From Flavobacterium sp. (lineage in GTDB: Bacteria; Bacteroidota; Bacteroidia; Flavobacteriales; Flavobacteriaceae): a DNA stretch of 64,000 nucleotides. Of this stretch, positions 1-9,731 are shown in pieces; position 1 is the first letter of the stretch, and each line of letters starts with the position of its first letter. The notes under the pieces are model-generated. The model was not told the DNA's origin. It ran no database searches and was given only the letters and a program-made list of their open reading frames with translations. The position numbers were made by a program, and so were the translations under genes. The stretch is from positions 7,767-71,766 of the forward strand of contig NZ_JBKBLM010000004.1 in NCBI RefSeq assembly GCF_046296355.1, in the 5' to 3' direction.

Positions 1-52
1 TTTTTTCTAATTAGTTAGTGTTTTGTTAATAAAAATATAGTTCAAAAACTAA

Positions 53-685
53 TTATCCTTTGTTACTCATAGCAGATAACATACCACCGTATACATTGTT
101 TAATGTAGACAAGTTAGATGTTAAAGATTGCATTTGATCTTTTAATTTTAGGTTGTTTTCAGCAACTTCGTTGTTGATTTGAGCGTTTCTTTCAGCACTT
201 TGTAACTGCACTTGGTATAAACCATTTAAAGTTTCCATGTTGGCAGCTGCCTTTGTCATCTCTTCAGCATATTTCTTTTGTCCTGCCATAGCATCTACCG
301 TTGGAGAAATTGATTTGGCTGCACCTTCGAAGTTTTTAATACTGTTTCCTAAGCTTTCCATTAATTGGCCATCAATTTTAGCTTCTTTCAACATAGCGTC
401 TAATTTTTGAGACAATAAACCTTGAGCATCCTTTGCCTCTTCTTTTTTACCTCTTTCTTTTGCTTCTCCCCCTGCTAATTCTGGATATACTAATGACCAG
501 TCTAATTCTTTATCTACCGGATCAAAAGCTGACAAACCGAAGATTAATGCCTCAACTGAAAGCCCAATGATAAGCATTAAACTTGCTCCAGTCCAGTGTT
601 GTATTTTGAATAGTGCTCCGATGATTACAACCGCCGCTCCCATCCCGTAAGCGAAATTCATTGCTTTTTTGCTTAATAATGCCAT
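53..685 (-). CDS. gldL: Gliding motility / T9SS motor protein GldL
   Basis: N-term 'NFAYGMGAAVVIIGALFKIQHW' with two TM helices, coiled-coil C-term ending 'VYGGMLSAM'; directly downstream of gldK. Confidence 0.96.
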   Translation of the reverse strand: MALLSKKAMNFAYGMGAAVVIIGALFKIQHWTGASLMLIIGLSVEALIFGLSAFDPVDKELDWSLVYPELAGGEAKERGKKEEAKDAQGLLSQKLDAMLKEAKIDGQLMESLGNSIKNFEGAAKSISPTVDAMAGQKKYAEEMTKAAANMETLNGLYQVQLQSAERNAQINNEVAENNLKLKDQMQSLTSNLSTLNNVYGGMLSAMSNKG

Positions 686-738
686 AATAATAAAAATTTT
701 AGTTAGTTAAGTTAAATATAATTAAGTTGGTTTTGAAA

Positions 739-2154
739 TTACTTTTTAGGTGCTTTACCATTTTTAGTTACTTGAGTTCCCATGTAATCTTGTACAGTTC
801 TGAAACCGATATAACTTCTTGCAGTATCAGCATATTCAAAATCTCTAGTTCCTACTTGTAAAAAGTAAGCTACGTCTTTCCAAGATCCACCACGAACAAC
901 TTTTCTCATGTTTTTTGAATCACCAACAGTAGGGTTCATCGTAGAAACATATTCGTAAGCAGCAGCATCATAAGATGAATCTGTCCATTCTGCAACGTTT
1001 CCAGACATGTTATACAAATTGTATCCGTTAGGCTCGTATGATTTTGCTTCAACTGTATATAAAGCTTGATCAGCTGCATAATCTCCTCTGTTTGGTTTGA
1101 AGTTTGCCAAGAAACAACCTCTGTCATTTTTAGCATATGGACCACCCCAAGGATAAGTTGCTGATTCTAAACCACCTCTGGCGGCATATTCCCATTCTGC
1201 CTCTGTCGGCAATCTGAATGAGTTGATTAAATCAGGTCTGTTTTTCTTCTTTTTTGACTTAATGTATGAATTCTTGTTTAATGTTCTCCATGCACAAAAC
1301 GCTTTAGCTTGTTTCCAAGTAACCCCTACTACAGGATATTCGCCATAAGCTTGGTGCCAGAAATAATCATTATGCATTGGCTCGTTGTAAGAATATGCAA
1401 AGTCTTTAATCCAAACAGTTGTGTCAGGATAAACTTCTTGTTGCTCAGTTCTGATGAACGAACTTCTTTTTCCTACTTTTGCTTTAGCTGCAGCTTGAAT
1501 ATCCATCCAAGAATATCTGAACTTTAATTTTCTCACATCAACAGTTCTAAGACCATTAAATGATTCCGCTACCGGCAAATACATGGTATCCATTACTTCT
1601 GAATAGTATTCATCAGGATATTTGCTGGTATCTTTAATAAGTTTAACTTTTTTATTCAATCTTCTACCTGCATATGGATCATCATCAGTCCCAACACTGT
1701 AATAATTCTCATACATGTATTTATCATAAGGCGTCATCTTTGCAGGATCTTTGTCATCAAAGGCAAAATCACCAATACTACCACCTTTTCCGCCTTTACC
1801 ACCCTTACCTGTTGAAGTTTGTCCAACTTCATCGGCAAGTATAGCCAAACGAACTCTGATTGTAGAATCTTTAACCCACTCCACAAACTGACGATATTCA
1901 CTGTTAGTTATTTCAGTTTCATCCATGTAGAATGATCTAACCGTTACTGTTTTAGTTGGGGCGTCTTGTACATTAGCTAAATCATCATCAGATTTACCCA
2001 TAATGTATGCTCCACCCGGAATTAAAGTCATACCAAATGGCTTCTCAGGATGCCATTTCTTTCCTTTAACTCCTACTAACTCACCTTTGTCGCTTGACCG
2101 TCCACAGCTCGTTAATAAAGCTAAAACTGATGCGAATGCAATGACCTTCTTCAT
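739..2154 (-). CDS. gldK: Gliding motility lipoprotein GldK (FGE-sulfatase/SUMF1 fold)
   Basis: Lipobox LTSC, 'GELVGV', 'RLPTEAEWEYAARGG', 'YNMSGNVAEW', 'RGGSWKD...IGFRTV'. Confidence 0.96.
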   Translation of the reverse strand: MKKVIAFASVLALLTSCGRSSDKGELVGVKGKKWHPEKPFGMTLIPGGAYIMGKSDDDLANVQDAPTKTVTVRSFYMDETEITNSEYRQFVEWVKDSTIRVRLAILADEVGQTSTGKGGKGGKGGSIGDFAFDDKDPAKMTPYDKYMYENYYSVGTDDDPYAGRRLNKKVKLIKDTSKYPDEYYSEVMDTMYLPVAESFNGLRTVDVRKLKFRYSWMDIQAAAKAKVGKRSSFIRTEQQEVYPDTTVWIKDFAYSYNEPMHNDYFWHQAYGEYPVVGVTWKQAKAFCAWRTLNKNSYIKSKKKKNRPDLINSFRLPTEAEWEYAARGGLESATYPWGGPYAKNDRGCFLANFKPNRGDYAADQALYTVEAKSYEPNGYNLYNMSGNVAEWTDSSYDAAAYEYVSTMNPTVGDSKNMRKVVRGGSWKDVAYFLQVGTRDFEYADTARSYIGFRTVQDYMGTQVTKNGKAPKK

Positions 2155-2415
2155 ATAAATTGGGGTTATTTGAATGTTTTATTTTTAAGGGCGTAAACCT
2201 ATTTATTATTTTTCAAAAAAGCAATTAAATAGTATTAAATTTTACCATACTATTTTTAAACATAGACTTTCACTTTCCAAAAATAGAATTTAAAATGCTA
2301 TTAAAAAAATATTTTATCGACAAAATACACTTTTTATCTGATAAAATACACTTTTTAATACATTTTGTAAGTATTTGTGTATGTATGTGCTTCTTTTTTT
2401 ATTTATTTTTTAAAA

Positions 2416-3567
2416 TTAAATACTGTTTTTTCGTTGTGCTTTCCACCATCTTTCCGGTATTTCATGATTACAAGCAGCTAAATATTCATCATGCGAACAA
2501 GGTAATAACGTATTTTTTTTCAATTTATTGTGTTGCCCCGAAAAAAAGTTTATTTCTATCCACCATCTGTCGGTTTTATTGCTTTTATAAAAAACCAATT
2601 CTTCATTTTCCAAAGGAACGATATATTTTAAATAATGCTCTTTGGTACCAAATGGATATTCATTAGAACGATAATTAACACCTTCTGTAAAATACCAAAT
2701 CATTTGAGCAATCAACACTGCTTCTTCTTTAATATTGTTGTGATTAAATATACCTAATGAACTTACTTTATCACTTATACCGGCATATCTAGATAGGCTA
2801 CAGATTTCTTTTCCATCAAAGCCGTTTGGAGTAAAGTTAATTAAATTTCCTGAATCTGAGGACTTTACAGAATTTAAATCTATACTAACAATGTCTGCAT
2901 CGCGGAAAACAGGCTCAGACAAAGCAATATTGTTGGAAATTTCTCCCAATCTGTAAGCATCAAAATACAATTTTTCGATCAAATCGATCTCTTCCTGCGA
3001 GTTATAATAGGTTTGGAAACCAATATTACTAAAGTTAAACAGGTTATTCGGCTCGTCTAAGATGATTTTAGACAAATAAGAACCTGAAGAAATACCTTCT
3101 TCTTGTTTACCAATATCGAACTTCTTGTCAATAGAAACCAAATTGACCATTTGCTCCAAACTGTCGTAAGCTCTGTACAAAGGATAAGTCAAGTCTTGTG
3201 TTCCGCCAATAATTACCGGAATTACTCCTTTGCGAATTAATTTGGCAGCAACCTTTTGCAAGGCAAAAAAAGTGTCTTCTAAGGAATTACCTGGAAGTAT
3301 ATCACCTAAATCTGCCATAGAGCTTTGCCAATTGCCCGGAAACAAACTGTACAATTCTTTGCGAATGGCATTCAGATTGACTTCCTCAAAAACTTTTACA
3401 TCACCTCTGTTTTCTAAAACGCCAACAATAGCAATCTTAATCTTATCGGTATCCGGAAATTCTTTATCTGTATGAAATGCAACTTTACTGCCCAAGTGTT
3501 GAGATGACAATGCCTTTACATATTGTATAATCTCAGAATCAACGGGTGAAAGAAAATCGAATTCCAT
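2416..3567 (-). CDS. Arginase/ureohydrolase-fold protein (usually annotated formimidoylglutamase); metal ligands degenerate
   Basis: Ureohydrolase-like motifs 'GGTQDLT', 'SIDKKFD', 'SIDLNSV', 'PNGFDG' plus a C-terminal extension. Confidence 0.75.
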   Translation of the reverse strand: MEFDFLSPVDSEIIQYVKALSSQHLGSKVAFHTDKEFPDTDKIKIAIVGVLENRGDVKVFEEVNLNAIRKELYSLFPGNWQSSMADLGDILPGNSLEDTFFALQKVAAKLIRKGVIPVIIGGTQDLTYPLYRAYDSLEQMVNLVSIDKKFDIGKQEEGISSGSYLSKIILDEPNNLFNFSNIGFQTYYNSQEEIDLIEKLYFDAYRLGEISNNIALSEPVFRDADIVSIDLNSVKSSDSGNLINFTPNGFDGKEICSLSRYAGISDKVSSLGIFNHNNIKEEAVLIAQMIWYFTEGVNYRSNEYPFGTKEHYLKYIVPLENEELVFYKSNKTDRWWIEINFFSGQHNKLKKNTLLPCSHDEYLAACNHEIPERWWKAQRKNSI

Positions 3568-3570
3568 AGT

Positions 3571-6087
3571 TTATTTCTTTTTAGCAGGTGATTTTTTTGC
3601 AGTAGTTTTTTTAGCAGCCGGTTTTTTTGCAGCAGTTTTCTTTTCAGGTGTTTTCTTGGCAATCATTTCCTGAACTTGTTCCAAAGTCAATTTGGAAGCA
3701 TCAATATCTTTATTCAATTCGATTTTGATTTTACCTTTAGTAATCACCGATTTTCCCCAACGGGCTTTTTCCACCAAAATTCCTTCTTCCTTCCAATTGT
3801 GGATTACTTTATCGATGTCTTTTTGCAACTTCTCTTCAATCAATTCGGCCACATCTGATTGTGACAAATTATCAAAGTTGTATTTTTTATTAACATTGAT
3901 AAATATGCCGTTCCATTTTAAGAATGGTCCAAAACGACCTACGCCTTTTTGAACATCCATGTCTTTATAAACCGCAATTGGCGCATCGGCTTTGGCTTTG
4001 TCATCAATTAATTCCTGTGCACGAACCATGGTTACATCCAAAGGATCTTCGCCTCTAGGCAAGGAAATAAATTGTTTTCCGAAACGAACATACGGTCCGA
4101 AACGACCATTGCTCACTTCTATTTCTTCGCCTTTGTATTCGCCCAAGTTCTTTGGTAACAAGAATAAATTCAACGCTTCTTCTAAAGTAATATTACCAAT
4201 ATTTTGCTCCTGACGCAAACTCGCAAATTGCTTTTCTTCATCTTCGGCATCGCCAATTTGAGCCATCGGACCAAATTTCCCTAAACGAACCGATACCGGT
4301 TTGCCTGTTTTTGGGTCGGTACCCAATATTCTCTCTCCGCTTTCACGGTCAGCATTTTTCTCTACTTCAACCACATTAGGATGGAACTTATTGTAGAAAT
4401 CCTGCATCATTTTGGCCCAATCGATATTTCCTTCGGCGATTTCGTCAAAATCTTGCTCCACTTTCGCTGTGAAATTATAATCTAAAATTGCCGCAAAGTT
4501 TTTAACCAAAAAGTCATTTACAATGGTTCCAATATCTGTTGGTACCAATTTTCCTTTATCGGAACCGGTGTTCTCCTTTAAAATCTTTTCGTCCACTTTG
4601 CTTTCTTTCAACGTCAGCTGAACATATTTTCTTTCTACACCTTCTAGGTTTCCTTTTTCAACATAGTTTCTATTGATGATAGTAGAAATCGTTGGTGCAT
4701 ACGTTGAAGGACGACCAATACCCAATTCTTCCAATTTCTTTACCAAAGAAGCTTCTGTATATCTTGATGCCGGACGAGTATATCTCTCGGTTGCTGTAAT
4801 ATTGTTGTTGGCCAATTTTTCATTGACTTTCAACGCCGGCAACATGCCTTCTTGTTCTTCATCGTCATCGTCGCTTCCTTCTAAGTATACTTTTAAGAAA
4901 CCTTCAAATTTGATTACTTCTCCTGTAGCTTGGAAAACTTCTGAATGGTTATTGGCTTCAATTTTTACGTTGGTTCTTTCCAATTCAGCATCGCTCATTT
5001 GTGACGCCAAAGTTCTTTTCCAAATCAATTCGTATAAACGGGCTTGGTCTCTTTCTACATTCACAGTGTGACGCGACATGTCTGTTGGACGGATTGCTTC
5101 GTGGGCTTCTTGAGCGCCTTTTGATTTGGTATTGAAATTTCTCGGTTTGCTGAATTCCGCTCCGTAGTAACTGGTGATTTCTGCTTGAGCCGCGGCTTGT
5201 GCTTCTTGCGAAAGGTTCACACTATCCGTTCTCATATAAGTAATGAGTCCCGCTTCGTACAAACGTTGCGCGATTTGCATGGTAATACCAACGGGTAAAT
5301 ATAATTTTCTGGCTGCTTCCTGTTGCAACGTTGATGTTGTAAACGGTGCGGCCGGTGTTTTCTTGGTGGGTTTGGTTTCTAAATCGGCTACTTTATAAGC
5401 AGAACCGATGTTTTTTTGCAAAAAGTCTTCTGCTTCTTTTTTGGTGGCGAAGTTTTTCGGCAGTTTGGCTTTCAACACTTTTCCGGCTTCATTCGTGAAT
5501 TCGGCTGTAACGGAATAAGAAGCTACGGCTTTGAACTCTTGGATCTCTCTTTCGCGTTCAACAATTAATCTAACCGATACGGATTGAACACGTCCGGCAG
5601 ACAAACCGCCTTTTACTTTTTTCCATAAGACCGGAGACAATTCGTAACCAACTAAACGGTCTAAAACTCTTCGGGCTTGTTGGGCATTGACTAAATTATA
5701 ATCAATTCCGCGTGGGTTTTCAATCGCTTTTTGAATCGCGGTTTTGGTGATTTCGTGGAAAACAATTCTTTTGGTTTTGTTTTTGTCTAATTTTAATTCT
5801 TCCGCCAAGTGCCAAGAAATGGCTTCTCCTTCGCGGTCCTCATCGGAAGCCAGCCAAACCATTTCGGCATTTTTGGCTAATCCTTTTAATTTGGTGACCA
5901 AAGCTTTTTTATCGGAGGAGACTTCATATTTAGGTTTAAAACCATTCTCAACATCTACTCCAATTTCTTTGGAAGGCAAGTCGGCAATGTGCCCGTAACT
6001 CGACTCTACTTGGTAATCACTACCCAGAAATTTTTCGATTGTTTTTGCCTTTGCCGGCGACTCCACGATAACTAAATTCTTTGCCAT
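3571..6087 (-). CDS. topA: DNA topoisomerase I
   Basis: 'LVIVESPAKAKTI', 'DEDREGEAI', 'GRVQS', catalytic 'ITYMRTDS', C-terminal repeats and Lys/Ala-rich tail. Confidence 0.98.
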   Translation of the reverse strand: MAKNLVIVESPAKAKTIEKFLGSDYQVESSYGHIADLPSKEIGVDVENGFKPKYEVSSDKKALVTKLKGLAKNAEMVWLASDEDREGEAISWHLAEELKLDKNKTKRIVFHEITKTAIQKAIENPRGIDYNLVNAQQARRVLDRLVGYELSPVLWKKVKGGLSAGRVQSVSVRLIVEREREIQEFKAVASYSVTAEFTNEAGKVLKAKLPKNFATKKEAEDFLQKNIGSAYKVADLETKPTKKTPAAPFTTSTLQQEAARKLYLPVGITMQIAQRLYEAGLITYMRTDSVNLSQEAQAAAQAEITSYYGAEFSKPRNFNTKSKGAQEAHEAIRPTDMSRHTVNVERDQARLYELIWKRTLASQMSDAELERTNVKIEANNHSEVFQATGEVIKFEGFLKVYLEGSDDDDEEQEGMLPALKVNEKLANNNITATERYTRPASRYTEASLVKKLEELGIGRPSTYAPTISTIINRNYVEKGNLEGVERKYVQLTLKESKVDEKILKENTGSDKGKLVPTDIGTIVNDFLVKNFAAILDYNFTAKVEQDFDEIAEGNIDWAKMMQDFYNKFHPNVVEVEKNADRESGERILGTDPKTGKPVSVRLGKFGPMAQIGDAEDEEKQFASLRQEQNIGNITLEEALNLFLLPKNLGEYKGEEIEVSNGRFGPYVRFGKQFISLPRGEDPLDVTMVRAQELIDDKAKADAPIAVYKDMDVQKGVGRFGPFLKWNGIFINVNKKYNFDNLSQSDVAELIEEKLQKDIDKVIHNWKEEGILVEKARWGKSVITKGKIKIELNKDIDASKLTLEQVQEMIAKKTPEKKTAAKKPAAKKTTAKKSPAKKK

Positions 6088-6107
6088 ATCCCGTTTGTTT
6101 CTGCGGA

Positions 6108-6115
6108 CAAAAGTA
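6108..6115 (-). promoter_or_regulatory. Bacteroidota sigma70 -7 element for topA
   Basis: Minus strand reads TACTTTTG (TAnnTTTG), 20 nt before the topA start. Confidence 0.65.
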
Positions 6116-6258
6116 AACGTTTTTTTTAAAATACCGATTTAGTGTAATTTTTTAACGATGATTGACTCAAAAAAGTTGGATTTACACCTTAATATAATAT
6201 GCTGTTTTTTACCATTATTTTGAATTAAAATTCCCAACACAAAAGACGCCAACTCATT

Positions 6259-6373
6259 AGCCCCGATTGCAGAGGAAATCAACTTTGTCAAAGTTTTGAA
6301 CTTTGACAAAGTTATTGCAACGGAAAGCGGGAACACGGATTCCAAGCGCGCCCAAACCTCTCGCTCCAAAACT
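6259..6373 (+). repeat. Flavo-1-like dispersed element, copy 1, with a nested palindrome in its loop
   Basis: AGCCCCGAT-TGCAGAGGAAATC-[AACTTTGTCAAAGTT TTG AACTTTGACAAAGTT]-ATTGCAACGGAAAGCGGGA; 3' tail resembles that of 40605-40696. Confidence 0.7.
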
Positions 6374-6420
6374 TTTGTTAAACCATCTCTGCCATCTTGT
6401 CATATTTTATAATTTAGTAT

Positions 6421-6428
6421 TATCTTTG
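6421..6428 (+). promoter_or_regulatory. Bacteroidota -7 element for miaB
   Basis: TATCTTTG, with TTG at 6397-6399 (21 nt spacer). Confidence 0.65.
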
Positions 6429-6453
6429 CTCTCCCGAAAGCGAAACATTAGAT

Positions 6454-7902
6454 ATGGAAAAGGAAATTGACGAGAAAAAACAAGGTACCAGTATGGTGCT
6501 GGAATATAAAGAAGGCAATACTAAAAAACTATTTATAGAAAGCTATGGCTGTGCGATGAATTTTTCGGACAGTGAGATTGTGGCTTCTATTTTGACCGAA
6601 CAAGGTTATAATACGACTCAGAATTTGGAGGAAGCCGACTTGGTTTTGGTAAACACTTGTTCCATCCGAGACAAAGCAGAGCAAACCGTGAGAAAGCGTT
6701 TGGAGAAATACAATGCGGTAAAACGCAGTATCAATCCGGGCATGAAAGTGGGTGTTTTGGGTTGCATGGCGGAACGTTTGAAAGACCAATTTTTGGTTCA
6801 GGAAAAAATAGTAGACATGGTCGTTGGCCCTGATGCTTACAAGGATTTACCGAATCTTTTGAAAGAAGTAGACGAAGGTCGAGATGCGATTAATGTTATC
6901 CTTTCTAAAGATGAAACTTATGGCGATATTTCACCGGTTCGTTTGAACAGTAACGGCGTGAATGCTTTTGTTTCGATTACGCGTGGCTGTGACAATATGT
7001 GTACGTTTTGCGTAGTGCCTTTTACCCGCGGACGTGAGCGTAGCCGTGAGCCACAAAGCATTTTAGAAGAAATCCAAGATTTGTGGAACAGAGGTTTTAA
7101 AGAAGTTTGTCTTTTGGGTCAAAATGTCGACAGTTACCTTTGGTATGGCGGCGGTTTGAAAAAAGATTTCGACAAAGCCACTGAAATGCAAAAAGCGACA
7201 GCCACTGATTTTGCGCAATTATTAGAACAATGTGCGATTGCTTTCCCGAAAATGCGTTTCCGTTTTTCGACATCGAATCCTCAAGATATGCATGAAGAAG
7301 TGTTACATGTGATTGCAAAATATGACAACGTTTGCAATTATATTCACTTACCTGTTCAGAGCGGAAGTACCAGAATTTTAAAAGAAATGAACCGCCAACA
7401 CACCCGTGAAGAATACATGGCGTTGGTGGATAAAATCAAAAGAATTATACCGGATTGTTCGATTTCTCAAGATATGATTTCAGGTTTCCCAACCGAAACC
7501 GAAGAAGATCACCAAGATACATTGAGTTTGATGGAATATGTCGAATATGATTTCGGTTATATGTTTGCTTATTCAGAAAGACCCGGAACTTTGGCAGCAA
7601 GAAAAATGGAAGACGATGTTCCGGAAGAAGTAAAGAAAAGACGTTTACAAGACATAGTAGACTTACAACAAATACTAAGCGAAAAGCGAACCAAACGTTT
7701 CTTGGGACAAACAGTAGAAATTTTGATTGAAAAAGAATCGAAGAAATCCGATAAACATTGGAGCGGGAGAAACTCTGAAAATATGGTGACCGTTTTCCCG
7801 AAAGGTGATTACAAAGTTGGTGATTTCGTTATGGTTAAAATAAGCGATTGTACAACAGCCACTTTGATTGGTGAAGCGGTTGGATACAGCGAAATGAATT
7901 AA
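6454..7902 (+). CDS. miaB: tRNA-2-methylthio-N6-dimethylallyladenosine synthase MiaB
   Basis: 'ESYGCAMN', 'NTCSIR', 'LGCMA', radical SAM 'GCDNMCTFC', C-terminal TRAM domain. Confidence 0.97.
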   Translation: MEKEIDEKKQGTSMVLEYKEGNTKKLFIESYGCAMNFSDSEIVASILTEQGYNTTQNLEEADLVLVNTCSIRDKAEQTVRKRLEKYNAVKRSINPGMKVGVLGCMAERLKDQFLVQEKIVDMVVGPDAYKDLPNLLKEVDEGRDAINVILSKDETYGDISPVRLNSNGVNAFVSITRGCDNMCTFCVVPFTRGRERSREPQSILEEIQDLWNRGFKEVCLLGQNVDSYLWYGGGLKKDFDKATEMQKATATDFAQLLEQCAIAFPKMRFRFSTSNPQDMHEEVLHVIAKYDNVCNYIHLPVQSGSTRILKEMNRQHTREEYMALVDKIKRIIPDCSISQDMISGFPTETEEDHQDTLSLMEYVEYDFGYMFAYSERPGTLAARKMEDDVPEEVKKRRLQDIVDLQQILSEKRTKRFLGQTVEILIEKESKKSDKHWSGRNSENMVTVFPKGDYKVGDFVMVKISDCTTATLIGEAVGYSEMN

Positions 7903-7911
7903 TAATTATAA

Positions 7912-9174
7912 ATGGAATCAGTTCAAAACATAAAACAACGCTTTGAGATTATCGGGAATGACCCGAAACTCAATCGCGCCATAGAAAAAGCGATTCAGGT
8001 TGCTCCTACTGATATTTCTGTATTGGTTGTGGGTGAAAGTGGTGTTGGTAAAGAAAGCATTCCTAGAATTATCCATTCGCTTTCACATAGAAAACACGGG
8101 AAATACATCGCGGTAAACTGTGGTGCGATTCCCGAAGGAACCATTGACAGTGAATTATTCGGACACGAAAAAGGTGCTTTTACCGGTGCCAATAACGCCC
8201 GTGAAGGTTATTTTGAAGTAGCCGATGGCGGAACGATTTTCCTGGATGAAGTAGGTGAATTACCGCTGACAACACAAGTGCGTTTGTTGCGTGTTTTGGA
8301 AAATGGAGAGTTTATTAAAGTCGGTTCCTCGCAAGTGCAAAAAACGAATGTTAGAATTGTAGCTGCGACGAATGTGAATATGTTTGATGCCATTGAAAAA
8401 GGCAAATTCCGTGAGGATTTGTATTATAGATTGAGTACTGTTGATATTCCTTTGCCGCCGTTGCGCGACAGAAAAGACGATATTCATTTATTGTTTAGAA
8501 AATTTGCTGCTGATTTTGCACACAAATACAAAATGCCACCGATAAGATTGAGCGACGATGCCGTTCAATTTTTACAAAAATACCGTTGGAGTGGCAACAT
8601 CCGCCAGTTGCGTAACGTTGCTGAACAGATTTCGGTTTTGGAAACCAACCGTGACATTTCGTTAGCAACTTTACAATCCTATCTTCCTGTAGAAGGCAGC
8701 AATTTGCCTTCGGTGATTAGCGGAAAGAAATCGGATACTGATTTTTCGACGGAAAGAGACATTTTGTACAAAGTCCTTTTCGACATGAAAAGCGATTTGA
8801 ATGATTTGAAAAAACTGACTTTGGAACTGATGAAAAACGGCGCTAAATTACAGGATATCAATCCGAGTTTGATTCAAAAAGTCTATGGCGCCAAAGAAAA
8901 CGAAAGCGAAATTTCGTTTGAAGAAACCCCGAGAGTCAATGTAATTCCGACGCAAAGTCAAGCACACCAAGAAGAATTCGAAGAGGATGATGATCAAAAT
9001 TACCTTGATGCAGAAACGGTGGAAGAAGAAGAAATATTGAAATTAGAGCAAAAAGAAATTGAGCTCATCAAAAAATCATTGGAACGCCACAAAGGCAAAC
9101 GAAAAGCGGCCGCAGATGAATTGGGAATTTCAGAAAGAACTTTGTACCGAAAAATTAAGCAGTTTGATTTGTAA
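7912..9174 (+). CDS. Sigma54-interacting AAA+ activator (bEBP) with Fis-type HTH and no N-terminal sensor domain
   Basis: Walker A 'GESGVGKE', 'GAFTGA', Walker B 'FLDEVG', C-term 'AADELGISERTLYRK'. Confidence 0.93.
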   Translation: MESVQNIKQRFEIIGNDPKLNRAIEKAIQVAPTDISVLVVGESGVGKESIPRIIHSLSHRKHGKYIAVNCGAIPEGTIDSELFGHEKGAFTGANNAREGYFEVADGGTIFLDEVGELPLTTQVRLLRVLENGEFIKVGSSQVQKTNVRIVAATNVNMFDAIEKGKFREDLYYRLSTVDIPLPPLRDRKDDIHLLFRKFAADFAHKYKMPPIRLSDDAVQFLQKYRWSGNIRQLRNVAEQISVLETNRDISLATLQSYLPVEGSNLPSVISGKKSDTDFSTERDILYKVLFDMKSDLNDLKKLTLELMKNGAKLQDINPSLIQKVYGAKENESEISFEETPRVNVIPTQSQAHQEEFEEDDDQNYLDAETVEEEEILKLEQKEIELIKKSLERHKGKRKAAADELGISERTLYRKIKQFDL

Positions 9175-9204
9175 AATAATTGGACAATAAAAACCGAAAA
9201 AGAA

Positions 9205-9212
9205 TATCTTTG
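9205..9212 (+). promoter_or_regulatory. Possible internal -7 element for lptE
   Basis: TATCTTTG 8 nt before the ATG at 9221. Confidence 0.45.
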
Positions 9213-9220
9213 GAATCGAG

Positions 9221-9724
9221 ATGAAAAACACAAAATACATTTTACTTTTAATAATCGCCATCAGCCTTAACAGTTGTTCGCACTATAACTTTACAGGAAC
9301 CGGAAAGATTGATGCCAAGACATTTCAGGTAAATTATTTTCAAAATTCTGCCGAATTAGTCGAGCCGGGAATTGAAAGAACCTTCACTTTGCGATTGCAG
9401 GATTTGATTCAGAATCAAACCAATTTGAATTTGACGAATTCCAACGGCGATTTGATGTACGAAGGAGAAATTACCGATTACCGAATTACTCCAATGACCG
9501 CAACAGCCGATCAGAAAGCAGCCCAAAACCGCTTAACAGTTAGAGTAAATGTTCGTTTTACAAACAAAAATAAAGAAACGGATAACTTTGAAAAGTCATT
9601 CTCCTTTTTCTACGATTACAGCGGAGACAGCCAATTGGTTGGTTCGCAATTAACCGAAGCTTTAGACGTGATTTTTGAAAGAATTACCCAAGATATTTTT
9701 AATGAATCCTTGGCTAAATGGTAA
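9221..9724 (+). CDS. lptE: LPS assembly lipoprotein LptE family
   Basis: Lipobox LNSC, 'GEITDY', 'NRLTVRVNVRFTN', Bacteroidota LptE-like size and pattern. Confidence 0.8.
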   Translation: MKNTKYILLLIIAISLNSCSHYNFTGTGKIDAKTFQVNYFQNSAELVEPGIERTFTLRLQDLIQNQTNLNLTNSNGDLMYEGEITDYRITPMTATADQKAAQNRLTVRVNVRFTNKNKETDNFEKSFSFFYDYSGDSQLVGSQLTEALDVIFERITQDIFNESLAKW

Positions 9725-9731
9725 TTTACAA

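Noticed and set aside
686-738. TTAGTTAGTTAAGTTA in the gldK-gldL spacer as a repeat arm
   Set aside because: Irregular 4-5 nt period in an AT-rich spacer; does not show the 7/8-mer pattern.
2295-2666. 123-aa plus-strand ORF
   Set aside because: Low-complexity F/I/L/K translation of an AT-rich spacer, antisense to the arginase-fold gene.
5900-6087. TopA N-terminus and Lys/Ala-rich C-terminal tail (3571-3650) as novelty
   Set aside because: Ordinary for topoisomerase I with C-terminal repeats and a basic tail.
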